Origin: an uncultured Hyphomicrobiales bacterium
Lineage (GTDB): Bacteria; Bacteroidota; Ignavibacteria; Kapaibacteriales; UBA7675
Assembly: GCA_964445695.1 (NCBI GenBank)
Contig: CAYULF010000023.1
Coordinates: forward strand, 20,732-84,731
DNA: 64,000 bases
Reading direction: 5' to 3'
Position numbers and translations under genes: made by a program. The notes beneath the pieces were generated by a model. That model was not told the DNA's origin and searched no databases. It saw only the letters and a program-made list of their open reading frames with translations. Of this stretch, positions 36,146 through 46,683 are shown in pieces; within the stretch, counting starts at the first letter, position 1; every line of letters begins with the position of its first letter.

Positions 36146-38602
36146 TCAGGAGTACACCACAACACTGTTGCTGCGTTCGGCTGCCAGATTCAGGACGCTT
36201 TCAGCTTCTTCCAGGAAGGCATCGAGATGTTCGTGGCCCGCGTATTCCACCAGGCCCACACTAACTGTAACAGAGAATTGTTGATCGCCGTCTTCGAGAA
36301 TTGTACTGGCAATCTTGTTGCGGATGCGCTCGGCCCACAGTTCCGTGCTGCGCGAGTCCGCGTCGATGCGGCCGATGCCGATCGTTGTGTCGTTGACGCG
36401 CCCGACCACGTCGTAGGGGCGAATCTCCCGACTTAACATTTCCAGTACGTGATTCATGCATGTCTCTGCAAAAGCAGTGTTCATGCGCGTGGCAAAGGTT
36501 CTGTACTGGTCCATCGAAAGCAGGCAGAGCGTCAGGTTCAGTTTTTGATCCCGCGTGCGCACAAACTCGGAGTACATGCGGTTGCGGAAAGCCGTGAAGT
36601 TCGGAATGCCCGTCGATTCGTCTATCAGCGCGTTGCTCTGCAGCTGGTTGCTCACATTCAGTTGCTCCAGCACCGAACCGGCGTATTCCGCCAGCAGTTC
36701 GACAATCTGGACGTCGCCCATCGTCAGCTCGTTGCTGCGCGGCGTCTCGATGAAAATCGCGCCGAAGCAGTTCGACAGCGATTTGATCGGCACAAAAGTA
36801 TAGGTCGCATTGTCCAGCGGCGCCTCGCGCTCGCTCACGCGCACGATGTTCGGCGCGATGTCCGCATGCATGTGCGTTTCGCCCGCCAGAATCGCCTCGC
36901 CGATCAGCGAGTGCTGCAGGTCCACCGGCTCGCCCTGCAGGTTCAGGTGCGCGCCGTTGCGGCCGCGCAGCTCGGCGATCACCCAGGAACGCCGCTCCTG
37001 TTCATAGATGCAGACGCCCAGAATCGAATGCGGAATCAGCGGCGCCAGTTTGTCCACCAGAGCAAAACAGATGTCGTGTCGTGTGTTGCGCGCGTCGTTG
37101 ATCAGCTTGCGGAAACCGTCGATCGACTCCATCGTGCGCGCCGACTGCAGCAGGTCGTACTTTTCGCCATAACCCTGGATCAGCCCGCCGATCAGTTTGG
37201 TAAAGTGTCCCAGGAATCCCACCGTCTGCGTGTCGTAAGCATCTTCTTCGGTCGTATCCGCCGTCAGCACGCCCCAGACCATGCCGTTGTAGTAGACCGG
37301 CACGCCCACGAAAGAGCGAGTTCCGGCGGCGCTGCTGTAGTAGGGCAGCAGGTCCAGCTCGGCATTTGGATTGATTTCCGTCAGGATTTCCGGTGCGCCG
37401 TTGGCAGCTATCTGGCTGACCACGTCGCTGCCGAAGGCCAGCTTGCGTTTGTCGATCAGTGCGTCCGCCGCGTCGGAAATCTTCGTTTCTATCACAAATT
37501 CGGCTTTGTCGACGTTGACCCACAGGAACATCGTCGTGCGTGCGCTGATCACCGAGCGTATCACCATCAGCACGCGTTTGATCAGGTAGTCAAATTCTTT
37601 GCGCGGTTCGTTGCGCAGGCTGTCCAGCTGTTCCTCAAAAATCTCTTCCAGCTGGATGTTGAGTTTTTTGCGTTTGTGGCCGATCCCGAACTGTTCGTGC
37701 AGCTCCGTTTCTTCCGTCGTCTGTGCGTCGATTGACGTCTGGCGCGCGGCGGCTTCGCGATGTGCCGGGGGCGTGCTTTTGGCAACGCTCCGGGCTTCGT
37801 TTTTACCGCTGGTCTGCTCCTGCTGCACGTCGCTTGTCGGGTCTGCGGCAGCGCTTTTTTCGGCTTTGGCTGGCTCCGGCGCTACCTGGGCGGCGGGCGC
37901 TGTAGTTTTCTCGGGCGCGGCTTGTGGTTCCGTTGCGGCCTGGACGGTGGAATCGCTTGCTCCGCGGCGCGCGGGTTCGGATTTGGGCGGCGCAGCCTGG
38001 GGAGCTTTTTTCGTTGGCTTGTTTGTTTTCTTGTTTTCCTTTGTGTCGGCAGCGGCGGGTTTTGGCTCGGTTCCGATAATCCGGAAGCCTTCAACGCTGT
38101 CGTCCAGTTCGGCGTCGTCCGCGCGATAGGTCGCACCGACAATAGACGCGGGACGGTCCACCGGCGGGGGAGCGGGTGCTTTGGGGCGCTGGATTTCGGC
38201 GCTGCGCTCGACTGAAGGTGCTGCGGCCGACTCGATTTCAGCTGCGGAAGTTTGCTCGTCTTCTTCGCCCGCCACCTGTTTCGGCAGTTCGTCGCTGCCG
38301 AAGGACGCAGCAAAGTCGTCGAAGATCAGGCGCTTGGTCGTTGGATCCTGTTTGACCGTCGTTTTAAACGAGGTTGTATCGGACACCGGTTTGGTGGCGC
38401 TCATGGAGATGTCCTTGGTCCGCTGCGAAAAGAGCAGGAACAGGGCCACGACGCCGAGAATGGACACGCAGGCGCCGATCAACTTGATGGCGGCCTGATC
38501 GAGGAACAGGGCAATGCCCAGGCCAAGAAGAATGGCCAGAACTGCCGGAAAATCCGTCACCGGATTAATGAGTCGCCAAAACTCGTGACTGCGGTTTGTC
38601 AT
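36146..38602 (-). CDS. Membrane-anchored GAF-GAF-GGDEF protein with degenerate active site
   Basis: Two N-terminal TMs, Ala/Pro-rich linker, two GAF patterns, D..TG..N..AF, RPYDVVGRVNDTTI, VTVSVG. Confidence 0.82.
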   Translation of the reverse strand: MTNRSHEFWRLINPVTDFPAVLAILLGLGIALFLDQAAIKLIGACVSILGVVALFLLFSQRTKDISMSATKPVSDTTSFKTTVKQDPTTKRLIFDDFAASFGSDELPKQVAGEEDEQTSAAEIESAAAPSVERSAEIQRPKAPAPPPVDRPASIVGATYRADDAELDDSVEGFRIIGTEPKPAAADTKENKKTNKPTKKAPQAAPPKSEPARRGASDSTVQAATEPQAAPEKTTAPAAQVAPEPAKAEKSAAADPTSDVQQEQTSGKNEARSVAKSTPPAHREAAARQTSIDAQTTEETELHEQFGIGHKRKKLNIQLEEIFEEQLDSLRNEPRKEFDYLIKRVLMVIRSVISARTTMFLWVNVDKAEFVIETKISDAADALIDKRKLAFGSDVVSQIAANGAPEILTEINPNAELDLLPYYSSAAGTRSFVGVPVYYNGMVWGVLTADTTEEDAYDTQTVGFLGHFTKLIGGLIQGYGEKYDLLQSARTMESIDGFRKLINDARNTRHDICFALVDKLAPLIPHSILGVCIYEQERRSWVIAELRGRNGAHLNLQGEPVDLQHSLIGEAILAGETHMHADIAPNIVRVSEREAPLDNATYTFVPIKSLSNCFGAIFIETPRSNELTMGDVQIVELLAEYAGSVLEQLNVSNQLQSNALIDESTGIPNFTAFRNRMYSEFVRTRDQKLNLTLCLLSMDQYRTFATRMNTAFAETCMNHVLEMLSREIRPYDVVGRVNDTTIGIGRIDADSRSTELWAERIRNKIASTILEDGDQQFSVTVSVGLVEYAGHEHLDAFLEEAESVLNLAAERSNSVVVYS

Positions 38603-39174
38603 GCGGGAGACTTTGAGAAAACACGCTGATTGTTAGCCGTGTGTTCGCGGGAGAAATCCATGCTGATGACCATGATCCCGTTGCGCGGCCGGCTGGTGAA
38701 CCGGAGCAAGGCAACATCACCAAAGAGCGGGTCCCGGCTCTGCACCGCGAATCCACCTAACTCTTTTCCGATTGATGTTAATGCCGCTGCCAGGTAAACG
38801 TTGCCGCCGTCGGACCATCCCCGTCACAGGGGTTTTCCGCGAATATGGCACAAAAATTACAAATTTCCGCCAACATGCTCAAATTGGCGAAGCGGCGCTT
38901 CCCAGATGATTACGAAGCGGTGATTCCCTGACGGACCGGCTGCTGATCGGTTCCGCGTAGACACTGGACGACTGCGGGGTGAAATTCGTGTGTTAAACTG
39001 TCGGTTTCGCCGCCGCGCAACCTGGGACCGGCTCTGATGCGAGCTGCTCCGCGCACGGCGACGAGCAAAAAATCATGCTTTATCGGGCTGCCGTGGAATC
39101 CGCTCCGGCCGATTGGAAATCGATCGATTTCCTCCCGGGCGGCAAAGCCCGGCGTCGGAACGGCTCCGGCGGTT

Positions 39175-40242
39175 TTACCACTGCCAGCGGCCCATGAGTT
39201 CGACCTTGTTGTCAGTGGTCAGATGTTCGGTGAAACTCCAGGGTTTGGAGTCGACCTCGATCGTGGCCTTCAGTTTTGTGTCGACCGATCCCAGCACGCC
39301 AAGGCGGTTGAAGCGAACGACGTACTCGGCCTCGGCCTCGCCTGAATCGACAAAACAGAAGTCCGGGTGGCCGTACATGTACACTTTCTGGCTGGGCGAA
39401 AGCTGCAGCGCCGGCGATTTGCCGACGATTTCGTAAATGCCCTTGTCGAATTTGTCGATGTGCATCGTCGCCGCGCCGCTGAAATTGATGCCGTCGTAGC
39501 GCATCGCCACGTCGCGCTGCCAGGAAGAATCGGGATAGATGTATGTCTCCGGCAACAGATTGCGCTGGATGTCCAGCAGCTGCGTAATGTTTTTCTGGTC
39601 CATCCTGTCCCACCACAGGAAGTAGTCGAGGGCCGGCAGCACCGTGTCGCCGCCGTCATTGAGGTAGTTGCGCAGGAAGTCCAGCTCCTCCGATTCGTAG
39701 CCGACGACCTCGCCGTAGGGCGAATAAGTCATGTAAACCGGGCGATTCATGAGCACCGTGGCAGCCAGCAGCTCGGGGTGATTGAGGTTGGCCTCGTCCT
39801 TCTGCGAGTCGTATTCGATGTATTCGTTTTGAAAGTTGTCGAACTCAAAGTACATCGAGTCGATGTTGAGGTAGAAGGTTTTGCGGCCGTCTTCGGGATC
39901 GTCCGGCATGAACATCGTCAGGTAGTATGTCATGCGGCGCGAGTACTTCAATTTGGTGGAGTCCGGGTCGTTGTACTGGCGCTGCACGTTGGTCACCTCC
40001 GTGTATTTGTACACGTGGCGCACGCCGGGGTCGTGGCGCGACATCAGCGAGTACTTGACTTCGGGCGTTCCACCGGAAGCGCCGGTGATGCGATCGGACT
40101 CCTCCTGCCCGGTCTGGGGCGTGCTCTGCGACATCAGTTGATGCGGCGTCAGGGAAATCATCGTGAGGGCCAGGGCCGTCAACAGGGGGCGCAGCAGGGC
40201 GCGGAGATTTTTGGGGTCGATCATACCGGATCCAGTTGTCAT
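39175..40242 (-). CDS. Hypothetical exported protein
   Basis: Long ORF with host-like codon use and signal peptide; start uncertain (40242 or 40224). Confidence 0.7.
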   Translation of the reverse strand: MTTGSGMIDPKNLRALLRPLLTALALTMISLTPHQLMSQSTPQTGQEESDRITGASGGTPEVKYSLMSRHDPGVRHVYKYTEVTNVQRQYNDPDSTKLKYSRRMTYYLTMFMPDDPEDGRKTFYLNIDSMYFEFDNFQNEYIEYDSQKDEANLNHPELLAATVLMNRPVYMTYSPYGEVVGYESEELDFLRNYLNDGGDTVLPALDYFLWWDRMDQKNITQLLDIQRNLLPETYIYPDSSWQRDVAMRYDGINFSGAATMHIDKFDKGIYEIVGKSPALQLSPSQKVYMYGHPDFCFVDSGEAEAEYVVRFNRLGVLGSVDTKLKATIEVDSKPWSFTEHLTTDNKVELMGRWQW

Positions 40243-40297
40243 ATGTTGTACTTTCACGTTCGCTCTGTTTCGACTTAAGGTGCGGCTGTTGACCGCT

Positions 40298-40831
40298 TCA
40301 GGGCGCACAGGTTTTGAAGAGGCTCCAGGCGGCGAGGGTCATTCCGTCCCACAGTTCGCCGGAGCGAATCGCTTCATCGATGCGCGCTCCGCTCCACCGC
40401 ACGATGTCGAATTCCTCCGACTCGTCGTGTTCGCGTTCCTCGACGTGCAATTCGCGCGCCAGGAACACCGTGCATATTTCATTTGTGACGCCGTTGTAGG
40501 GATTGAACTCTCCCAGCGTCCGCAGGTCTCCGGCGCGCAGTCCGGCTTCTTCGGCCAGTTCTCTGGCGGCATTGAGCGGGCGCGAGAGTTGCGGCTCGAC
40601 TCCGCCGCCGGGGAACTCGACGCTTACGCGCTGATTCAGGTAGCGGACCTGGCGCACGAGCACGAAGAGATCATCCGCCAGCTGCGGCACGACAAAGACG
40701 GAGCCTTTTGAGTGCACGTAGTGGTATTCGCCGATGTTGCCGTTGGGCATTCTGTACTTGTCACAGTAGTATTCCCAGTACGGATTGGTCGAACGGACCT
40801 CGCGCGATAGAGTCTCCAGACGTTGAAGCAT
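40298..40831 (-). CDS. NUDIX hydrolase (ADP-ribose pyrophosphatase-like)
   Basis: Nudix box EFPGGGVE..AARELAEEAGL; LVRQ.RY. Confidence 0.9.
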   Translation of the reverse strand: MLQRLETLSREVRSTNPYWEYYCDKYRMPNGNIGEYHYVHSKGSVFVVPQLADDLFVLVRQVRYLNQRVSVEFPGGGVEPQLSRPLNAARELAEEAGLRAGDLRTLGEFNPYNGVTNEICTVFLARELHVEEREHDESEEFDIVRWSGARIDEAIRSGELWDGMTLAAWSLFKTCAP

Positions 40832-40982
40832 GTCTTGCACCTGCCCGCAATTTGCGCCGGAATCGGCGCTGTGAACACCTCATAAAGTCAAAAGTTACGC
40901 GCGCGATCATGGCTGTCATTGGGCCGCGGTACGCACGCGCACAGGACAGCCAGACGTTGCAGCGCAAAAAAATGTGTCCGTG

Positions 40983-41021
40983 CAAACAGAACGGGCTGCC
41001 TCCTTGCGGAAACAGCCCGTC
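40983..41021 (-). terminator. Terminator after ndk
   Basis: ACGGGCTG..CAGCCCGT hairpin with T-rich tail on the minus strand. Confidence 0.55.
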
Positions 41022-41058
41022 AGTTATTCAGGCGTCAGGCGCGCACCGGGCGCGGCTC

Positions 41059-41481
41059 TCAGCGCTCGTTGGCGACCAGTTCAGCTTCGCTGAAGTAGAA
41101 GCCGACTTCAATCTTGCCGTTTTCCTCGGAGTCCGATCCATGAACGGCATTTTCGCCGATGCTGGAAGCGTAGAGCTTGCGGATCGTGCCTTCAGCCGCT
41201 TCGGCCGGATTGGTCGAACCGATCAGCGTGCGGAAATCTTCCACTGCATTGTCTTTTTCGAGAGCGATCGGCACGATCGGGCCGCTGCTCATGAATTCCG
41301 TCAGCTCGCCGAAGAAGGGGCGCTCGCTGTGCACGGCATAGAAAGCTTCAGCCTGCTGCTTGGAGATGCGGATGAGTTTCATGCCGAGGATGCGGAAACC
41401 GGCGGCCGTGATTTTAGCCGTGATTTCACCGATCACGTTCTTGCGAACGGCGTCGGGTTTGATAATCGCCAAAGTACGCAT
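41059..41481 (-). CDS. ndk: Nucleoside diphosphate kinase
   Basis: [31 protein letters not shown]. Confidence 0.97.
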   Translation of the reverse strand: MRTLAIIKPDAVRKNVIGEITAKITAAGFRILGMKLIRISKQQAEAFYAVHSERPFFGELTEFMSSGPIVPIALEKDNAVEDFRTLIGSTNPAEAAEGTIRKLYASSIGENAVHGSDSEENGKIEVGFYFSEAELVANER

Positions 41482-41567
41482 GGTACAACCGTAAGAATGA
41501 ATTGAATGATTTGTGATTGTCGTTTTGAAGTGCGCCCGCGCGGAGGCGGGCGCTGATCAGCCGCGAA

Positions 41568-42602
41568 TCAGTTCGACGAACTGCCGTTGGAACGCGGCGT
41601 GCGTTTTGTCGTGCGTTTGGCCGGCGCTTTTTTGGCGGCGGCTTTTTTCGCGGGAGCTTTTCGGGCCGGTGCTTTTTTGGCAGGAGCCGTTTTGGCTGCC
41701 GGACGACTGTCCAGCAATTGTTTTACCGTGATGCCGATCGAAGCGGGGGAGTCCACCACTGCGATGCCCGCGTCGCGCATCGTCGCCATTTTTTCCGTCG
41801 CGGTGCCTTTGCCGCCGGAAATGATGGCGCCGGCGTGACCCATGCGACGTCCCGGAGGTGCGGTCTGGCCGGCAATAAAACCGACGACCGGTTTTTTGAC
41901 GTGCTCCTTGACGTAGGCGGCGGCTTCTTCTTCGGCCGAACCGCCGATCTCGCCGATCATCACGATGGCGTGGGTGTCGTCGTCCTCGTTAAACAACTTG
42001 ATGGCGTCGATAAAACGCGTGCCGATAATCGGGTCGCCGCCGATGCCGATGCATGTGGACTGGCCCAGACCCGCATCGCTGAGTTGTTTAACTGCTTCGT
42101 AGGTAAGCGTGCCGCTGCGGGACACGAGGCCGACATTGCCTGCATTGTGAATAAAGCCGGGCATGATGCCGATTTTGCATTCGCCGGGCGTTATGACGCC
42201 GGGGCAGTTGGGGCCCACCAGGCGTGCGCCGCTGATGCGCAGCGCTTCGTACACGGGGATCATGTCGCGCACCGGAATGCCTTCCGTGATGCAGATGATC
42301 AGTTCGATGCCGGCATCGATGGCTTCCAGGATTGCATCCGCAGCAAAGGGCGGCGGTACAAAAATGACCGAGGCGTTCGCCTGTGTGGCTGCGACGGCGT
42401 CGCGCGCCGTGTTGAACACGGGAACGGGGCGCGTGAACAGCGCTTCGCCTTTGCCGCCGTATTCCGTGCCACCTTTTCCGGGCGTTACGCCGCCTACGAC
42501 GTTCGTGCCGTATTCCAGCATTTGCGACGTGTGAAATGTTCCCTCGCTGCCTGTGATGCCCTGCACCAGAAGGCGCGTATCTTTATTGACAAGCACACTC
42601 AT
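41568..42602 (-). CDS. sucD: Succinate-CoA ligase alpha subunit with Lys/Ala/Pro-rich tail
   Basis: [33 protein letters not shown]. Confidence 0.96.
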   Translation of the reverse strand: MSVLVNKDTRLLVQGITGSEGTFHTSQMLEYGTNVVGGVTPGKGGTEYGGKGEALFTRPVPVFNTARDAVAATQANASVIFVPPPFAADAILEAIDAGIELIICITEGIPVRDMIPVYEALRISGARLVGPNCPGVITPGECKIGIMPGFIHNAGNVGLVSRSGTLTYEAVKQLSDAGLGQSTCIGIGGDPIIGTRFIDAIKLFNEDDDTHAIVMIGEIGGSAEEEAAAYVKEHVKKPVVGFIAGQTAPPGRRMGHAGAIISGGKGTATEKMATMRDAGIAVVDSPASIGITVKQLLDSRPAAKTAPAKKAPARKAPAKKAAAKKAPAKRTTKRTPRSNGSSSN

Positions 42603-42856
42603 AGGTCAACCACCATCCGAGTTTTTTTTGCGGCTAAAATGCCTGGTATATCTGTTGAGAATTACGGTCGAAAAGCTTGGAAAGCGACCCGTCGGAACTC
42701 GTCCGTCGGAGTCGCGTGGAAGGGCTTGTTCAGCGCCTCCCAACCATGGAAGATTCGCAAGTTACGAATTATTCTGCTGTTGCCGAAACGTGGCGCCGAT
42801 TCCGTCGCACGAGGCCGGATGCACCCGTGGTTGATGTTGTTTCTGTCTTGTGTTTT

Positions 42857-43180
42857 GTCCGTTCAGCGGCGCAACATGACCGTTCAACGCGATTTTTCAC
42901 AACGCTTGATTTTTCAGTCATGGAATTGATCAGCGGCGGGGGTAAGATGCATGAGACGCGCGCAGACCGGTTGCGTGCGCTTTTGGAGTTCACTGGGTTC
43001 ATGGCATGCTGAACGAGTCCGCAGAGCGCGGGTAAGGGAAGCTATATTGGTGGGTATCGTTTTTGGAGGTGGTGTGTGCCGGGGTGGGTCCTGATCACGC
43101 ATAGTTGCGCCCAAAATTTTCAGCCCTCCCGCTCATCACCTGAAACCTCCCGTTCAGCGCTTAAACCAGCCCGTTTAACC
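42857..43180. repeat. Diverged copy 5 of the dispersed element (arrays kept, core different)
   Basis: Left boxes at 42860/42881/42903; GATCAC at 43093 then GCGCCCAAAA; right boxes at 43129/43150/43171. Confidence 0.7.
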
Positions 43181-43220
43181 TGATTGCTCGGCGGCCCGTC
43201 TTCCGCTTTGACGGAAATTA

Positions 43221-44075
43221 TTACTCCGCGCTTAAAAGCGCCGCCTCCGCCGTGTCGATCGTCTGCGTGATCAGCGTCGAGATCGTCATCGGTCCCACGC
43301 CGCCCGGAACCGGCGTATATGCGCTCGATTTCGGCGCCGCATTTTCAAGATCTATGTCGCCGACCGGCCCCGGATTGTAGCCTGCGTCCACCAGAACCAC
43401 GCCCGGCTTGACCCAGTCCGCCTGGACAAAACGCGGACGTCCAACAGCGCCCACCACCAGATCCGCCGTCCGGACGATGTCCGCCAGGTTGCGTGTGCGC
43501 GAATGGCAGGTCGTCACCGTCGCGTTGGCGTTGAGCAGCATGAGCGACATCGGTTTACCCAGAATCGGGCTGCGGCCGATCACCACCGCGTGTTTGCCTT
43601 CCAACTCTATGTCGTAGTGCCGCAGCAGGGTCATAATGCCCGCGGGCGTGGCGCTGCCGTGCGCCGGCTCTTTCATCGCCATGCGCCCGAAACCGTGTGT
43701 CGTCACGCCGTCGACGTCCTTGTCCAGTCGTATCCGATCAAAACACGCGCGCTCGTCGATCTGCGGCGGTACCGGATGCTGCAGCAGAATGCCGTGTACG
43801 TCCGCATCCGCATTCAGACCATCAATCACGGCAAGCAGTTGGTCGGTCGTGGTTTCGCTCGGCAGTTCAATTTTCCGCGATTCCATTCCAACGCGCCGGC
43901 AGGCATTGCCCTTCATGCGGACGTAGGTCGCCGAAGCGGGATCGTCGCCCACCAGAATCGTTGCCAGGACCGGAACGCGGCCCGTGCTTTCTATCAGGCG
44001 CGTCACGCGCTCGCGATTCTTCAGTTGTCGTTCTTTTGCCAGAGTTTTGCCGTCGAGGAGAATCGGTTCGGGCAT
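43221..44075 (-). CDS. folD: Bifunctional methylenetetrahydrofolate dehydrogenase/cyclohydrolase
   Basis: [41 protein letters not shown]. Confidence 0.96.
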   Translation of the reverse strand: MPEPILLDGKTLAKERQLKNRERVTRLIESTGRVPVLATILVGDDPASATYVRMKGNACRRVGMESRKIELPSETTTDQLLAVIDGLNADADVHGILLQHPVPPQIDERACFDRIRLDKDVDGVTTHGFGRMAMKEPAHGSATPAGIMTLLRHYDIELEGKHAVVIGRSPILGKPMSLMLLNANATVTTCHSRTRNLADIVRTADLVVGAVGRPRFVQADWVKPGVVLVDAGYNPGPVGDIDLENAAPKSSAYTPVPGGVGPMTISTLITQTIDTAEAALLSAE

Positions 44076-44907
44076 GCCGGAATATCCGCCTGTTTGTGGT
44101 TTGTTGCTTGCGCCGTTGCATCGAAAAATACGGCCGCAAAACATGCAATATACGCAGGGCCTCCGAGGCCGTAAAAAATCTCTGCTCCATGCCGCATTTC
44201 AGCTTGCTGCCGTTGGACGCCGACGGCACTTCCACCTCGTCGGTTTGCACCGCTTTGATACAGCATCTCTCTTGTACCTGCTGCCGCTGTCCGTCGCGGC
44301 CCGTCGATTTTTCAATCACGCCATAGTGCTGCGACAACGTTCGGACCAATCCCGGCCGATGCTGCCCCGCAACCTCGCAGCCTTGTTAAGTGATAAAGTT
44401 GTAAACGGTTGCGAAGATTCCGAGGCCGACAACCCGGAGGCGAATGCGGTCGGAGTTTCTCAACCACATCCGCAGTTTGCCGACTTTCCCGTGGATGTGT
44501 CTGTCAATCGCGACGGCGTAGTTCGGCCGGTGGTGGTTTGATCTCGCGAAGTGCAGGCATGTCCAGATTGGCCAACGGCTCCAGGCTCAGGTAAACAATT
44601 ATCGTTTTGCTGAGCGTTCAAACAAAAGCGACCTCGATTCTGGACTTGCTCTATCGTCCAAGGTTGCGTTTGAGCTGTTTTTGAATGCGCAAGACAGGAT
44701 GACCAGGCGCGTATGTTTAACATCCAACGGCGGTTCGGAAGTGAAACAGGTCTTTGCACCGGCATGTGGTTGATCATGCGGGGACAAACAAAAATGGCTG
44801 TTTAAGTTGGCATTGAGGGAAGGTTGGGAAGTGGGGTGCAATGCCTGGCGGGGACTGTCATCTTCTGAGGATTTTTCGCTTGCCGCTTTGAATGCGGAAC
44901 AGGGAGT

Positions 44908-45462
44908 TTAACTCTGTGCCGTATCCGGTTTGCGGCGCTCACTGATCTCCTTGTTAACCTCCGTGTCGGAAGCATCGGGCGCCGGTGTGTTTAAGTCTTT
45001 TTCGTCGGAATGCGCCGTGCGGCGATCCACCATCCCGTCGGCGGGTCTGGGAGTCTGAATGCCGTTCTGTGAGTTGCCGGAGGTGTTTAAGTCGTTGGCC
45101 GGACTGTCGTCTGTTGCCGTGGTGGTGGTTTCAGACTGCTCTGTTGAATCCGGCGCATCGGAGTCGGGAGCGTCGACGGTTTTATCGCTTGTGCTGCCGA
45201 CATTCGCTGCGGCGCCGGCCTGTTCAACTGCGGCCGGCGCGTCATCTTTCCCGGCGCGGGCGCGTGACTTCTTGGGGTCCACGACTGCGTCGACTTCGGC
45301 GGAAATACTGTGCACGTTGCGTTCGAATTCGGACTGGGCATTGCGCAGATAGGAAACCGCCTTGCCGATGCTTCGCGCCATTTCGGGTATCTTTTTAGGC
45401 CCGAACAACACTACAATCGCCAGGATGATCAGCAAGAATTCGCCGCCGCCGACATCGAACAC
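44908..45462 (-). CDS. tatB: Twin-arginine translocase TatB/TatA-family subunit with long acidic tail
   Basis: MFDVGGGE..LFGPKKIPEMARSIG; follows tatA; GGAGG RBS before GTG. Confidence 0.75.
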   Translation of the reverse strand: MFDVGGGEFLLIILAIVVLFGPKKIPEMARSIGKAVSYLRNAQSEFERNVHSISAEVDAVVDPKKSRARAGKDDAPAAVEQAGAAANVGSTSDKTVDAPDSDAPDSTEQSETTTTATDDSPANDLNTSGNSQNGIQTPRPADGMVDRRTAHSDEKDLNTPAPDASDTEVNKEISERRKPDTAQS

Positions 45463-45512
45463 GACACTACCTCCGTCAGGATGGAATTACTCGCAGGCTT
45501 GCGCCGCGTTCG

Positions 45513-45710
45513 TCAACTGGAAAGTTCGTTCTTGCCGTCTTTTTTGCTGTCGTTTTCGTCGATGTCCGCCGCCGCCTTTTTGAATTCTTTGATGCCGGAG
45601 CCGATGCCTTTCATGAGGTCGGGGATTTTCTTGGCGCCGAACAACACCATGATGATCAGAAGTACGATCAGCAATTCAGACATCCCGACACCGGGGATAA
45701 ATGCCAACAT
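45513..45710 (-). CDS. tatA: Twin-arginine translocase TatA
   Basis: [22 protein letters not shown]. Confidence 0.92.
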   Translation of the reverse strand: MLAFIPGVGMSELLIVLLIIMVLFGAKKIPDLMKGIGSGIKEFKKAAADIDENDSKKDGKNELSS

Positions 45711-45828
45711 GTTACTGTTCCTCTTGATTGAACAATTGCAGCGCTTTAATCGCGCTCGTCAGAAATGATCGGCACAGGGCGCAGGTTACAGACCGCGTCA
45801 TTACCGCATCGCAATCCGTTTACCGGGC

Positions 45829-46608
45829 TCACATGTCAAAGGGGCCGGGACCCGATCCTTCCTCCATGTCGTCCAGATCGTCATCGACGTCCGTGCGCTT
45901 TAAACGTTGCACGAGGGCGCGCAACAATCCAAAAGTAATGTACACCAGCATCAGAGGGAAGAGATACAGTCCCTTGCTGTATATCACGGCTATGAAGCCG
46001 AGAACAAATCCGGCGACGACAAAAGGACGTTCGCGCACTGCGCGCCGCGAGAGCCGCGGCAGATTGTCAAATTTTATTTTACTGACCATCAGCATCGCCG
46101 TGCCGATCGATACAATGACGATGGATGGCGTCTGCCAGCCCGCCGGGTAGAAGTCTGCCGTGTGGAAAAAGATCACATAGGAAAAGATTGTGATCGCACC
46201 CGATGGAATCGGCATGCCCACGAAGTAGCGTTTGTCCTGAAAACCCGAAACGAGCACGTTGAAGCGCGCCAGCCGATATGTGCCGGCCAGCGCCGGCAGC
46301 GCGGCGAGGATGAGCCCCAGGGAACCCATCCCGAAAAAGTGCGCCTTGTAGAGCAGGAAAGCCGGCGCCAGACCAAATGACACAGCGTCGCAAAGCGAGT
46401 CCAGCTCGACGCCCAGCTCACTCGTGGCATTCGTCAGGCGGGCCACGGCGCCGTCCAGCGCGTCGAAGATGCTCGCCAGAATCATGAACCACATGGCGCC
46501 GTAGAAGTCGTCCTGGGCAATACGCGTAATAGCAATGAACCCGCCGAAGAGGTTCATCAGTGTAAACAGGTTCGGAATAATCGAACGGGTTACGCGCAGC
46601 TTGGCCAT
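45829..46608 (-). CDS. pssA: CDP-diacylglycerol--serine O-phosphatidyltransferase
   Basis: IPNLFT, DALDG..AR..G.ELDSL.D.VSFG, RLARFN, F.GMPIP. Confidence 0.93.
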   Translation of the reverse strand: MAKLRVTRSIIPNLFTLMNLFGGFIAITRIAQDDFYGAMWFMILASIFDALDGAVARLTNATSELGVELDSLCDAVSFGLAPAFLLYKAHFFGMGSLGLILAALPALAGTYRLARFNVLVSGFQDKRYFVGMPIPSGAITIFSYVIFFHTADFYPAGWQTPSIVIVSIGTAMLMVSKIKFDNLPRLSRRAVRERPFVVAGFVLGFIAVIYSKGLYLFPLMLVYITFGLLRALVQRLKRTDVDDDLDDMEEGSGPGPFDM

Positions 46609-46683
46609 AGAGTGGGAGGCGTCAAAGCCTGAAACAGAGTTCCGCCGCGCGGAAATCCCGGTCCGTGGCGGCAAAGCATCAAG

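Noticed and set aside
38640-38860. Possible c-di-GMP riboswitch upstream of the GAF-GGDEF gene (minus strand GGAAAACCCC..GGGG hairpin)
   Set aside because: Lacks the GNRA loop and the following GCAAA/P3 elements of class I; cmscan would be needed to exclude it fully.
44150-44900. About 750 bp between folD and tatB with several short ORFs
   Set aside because: No recognisable protein motif, RNA family or repeat; left unannotated.
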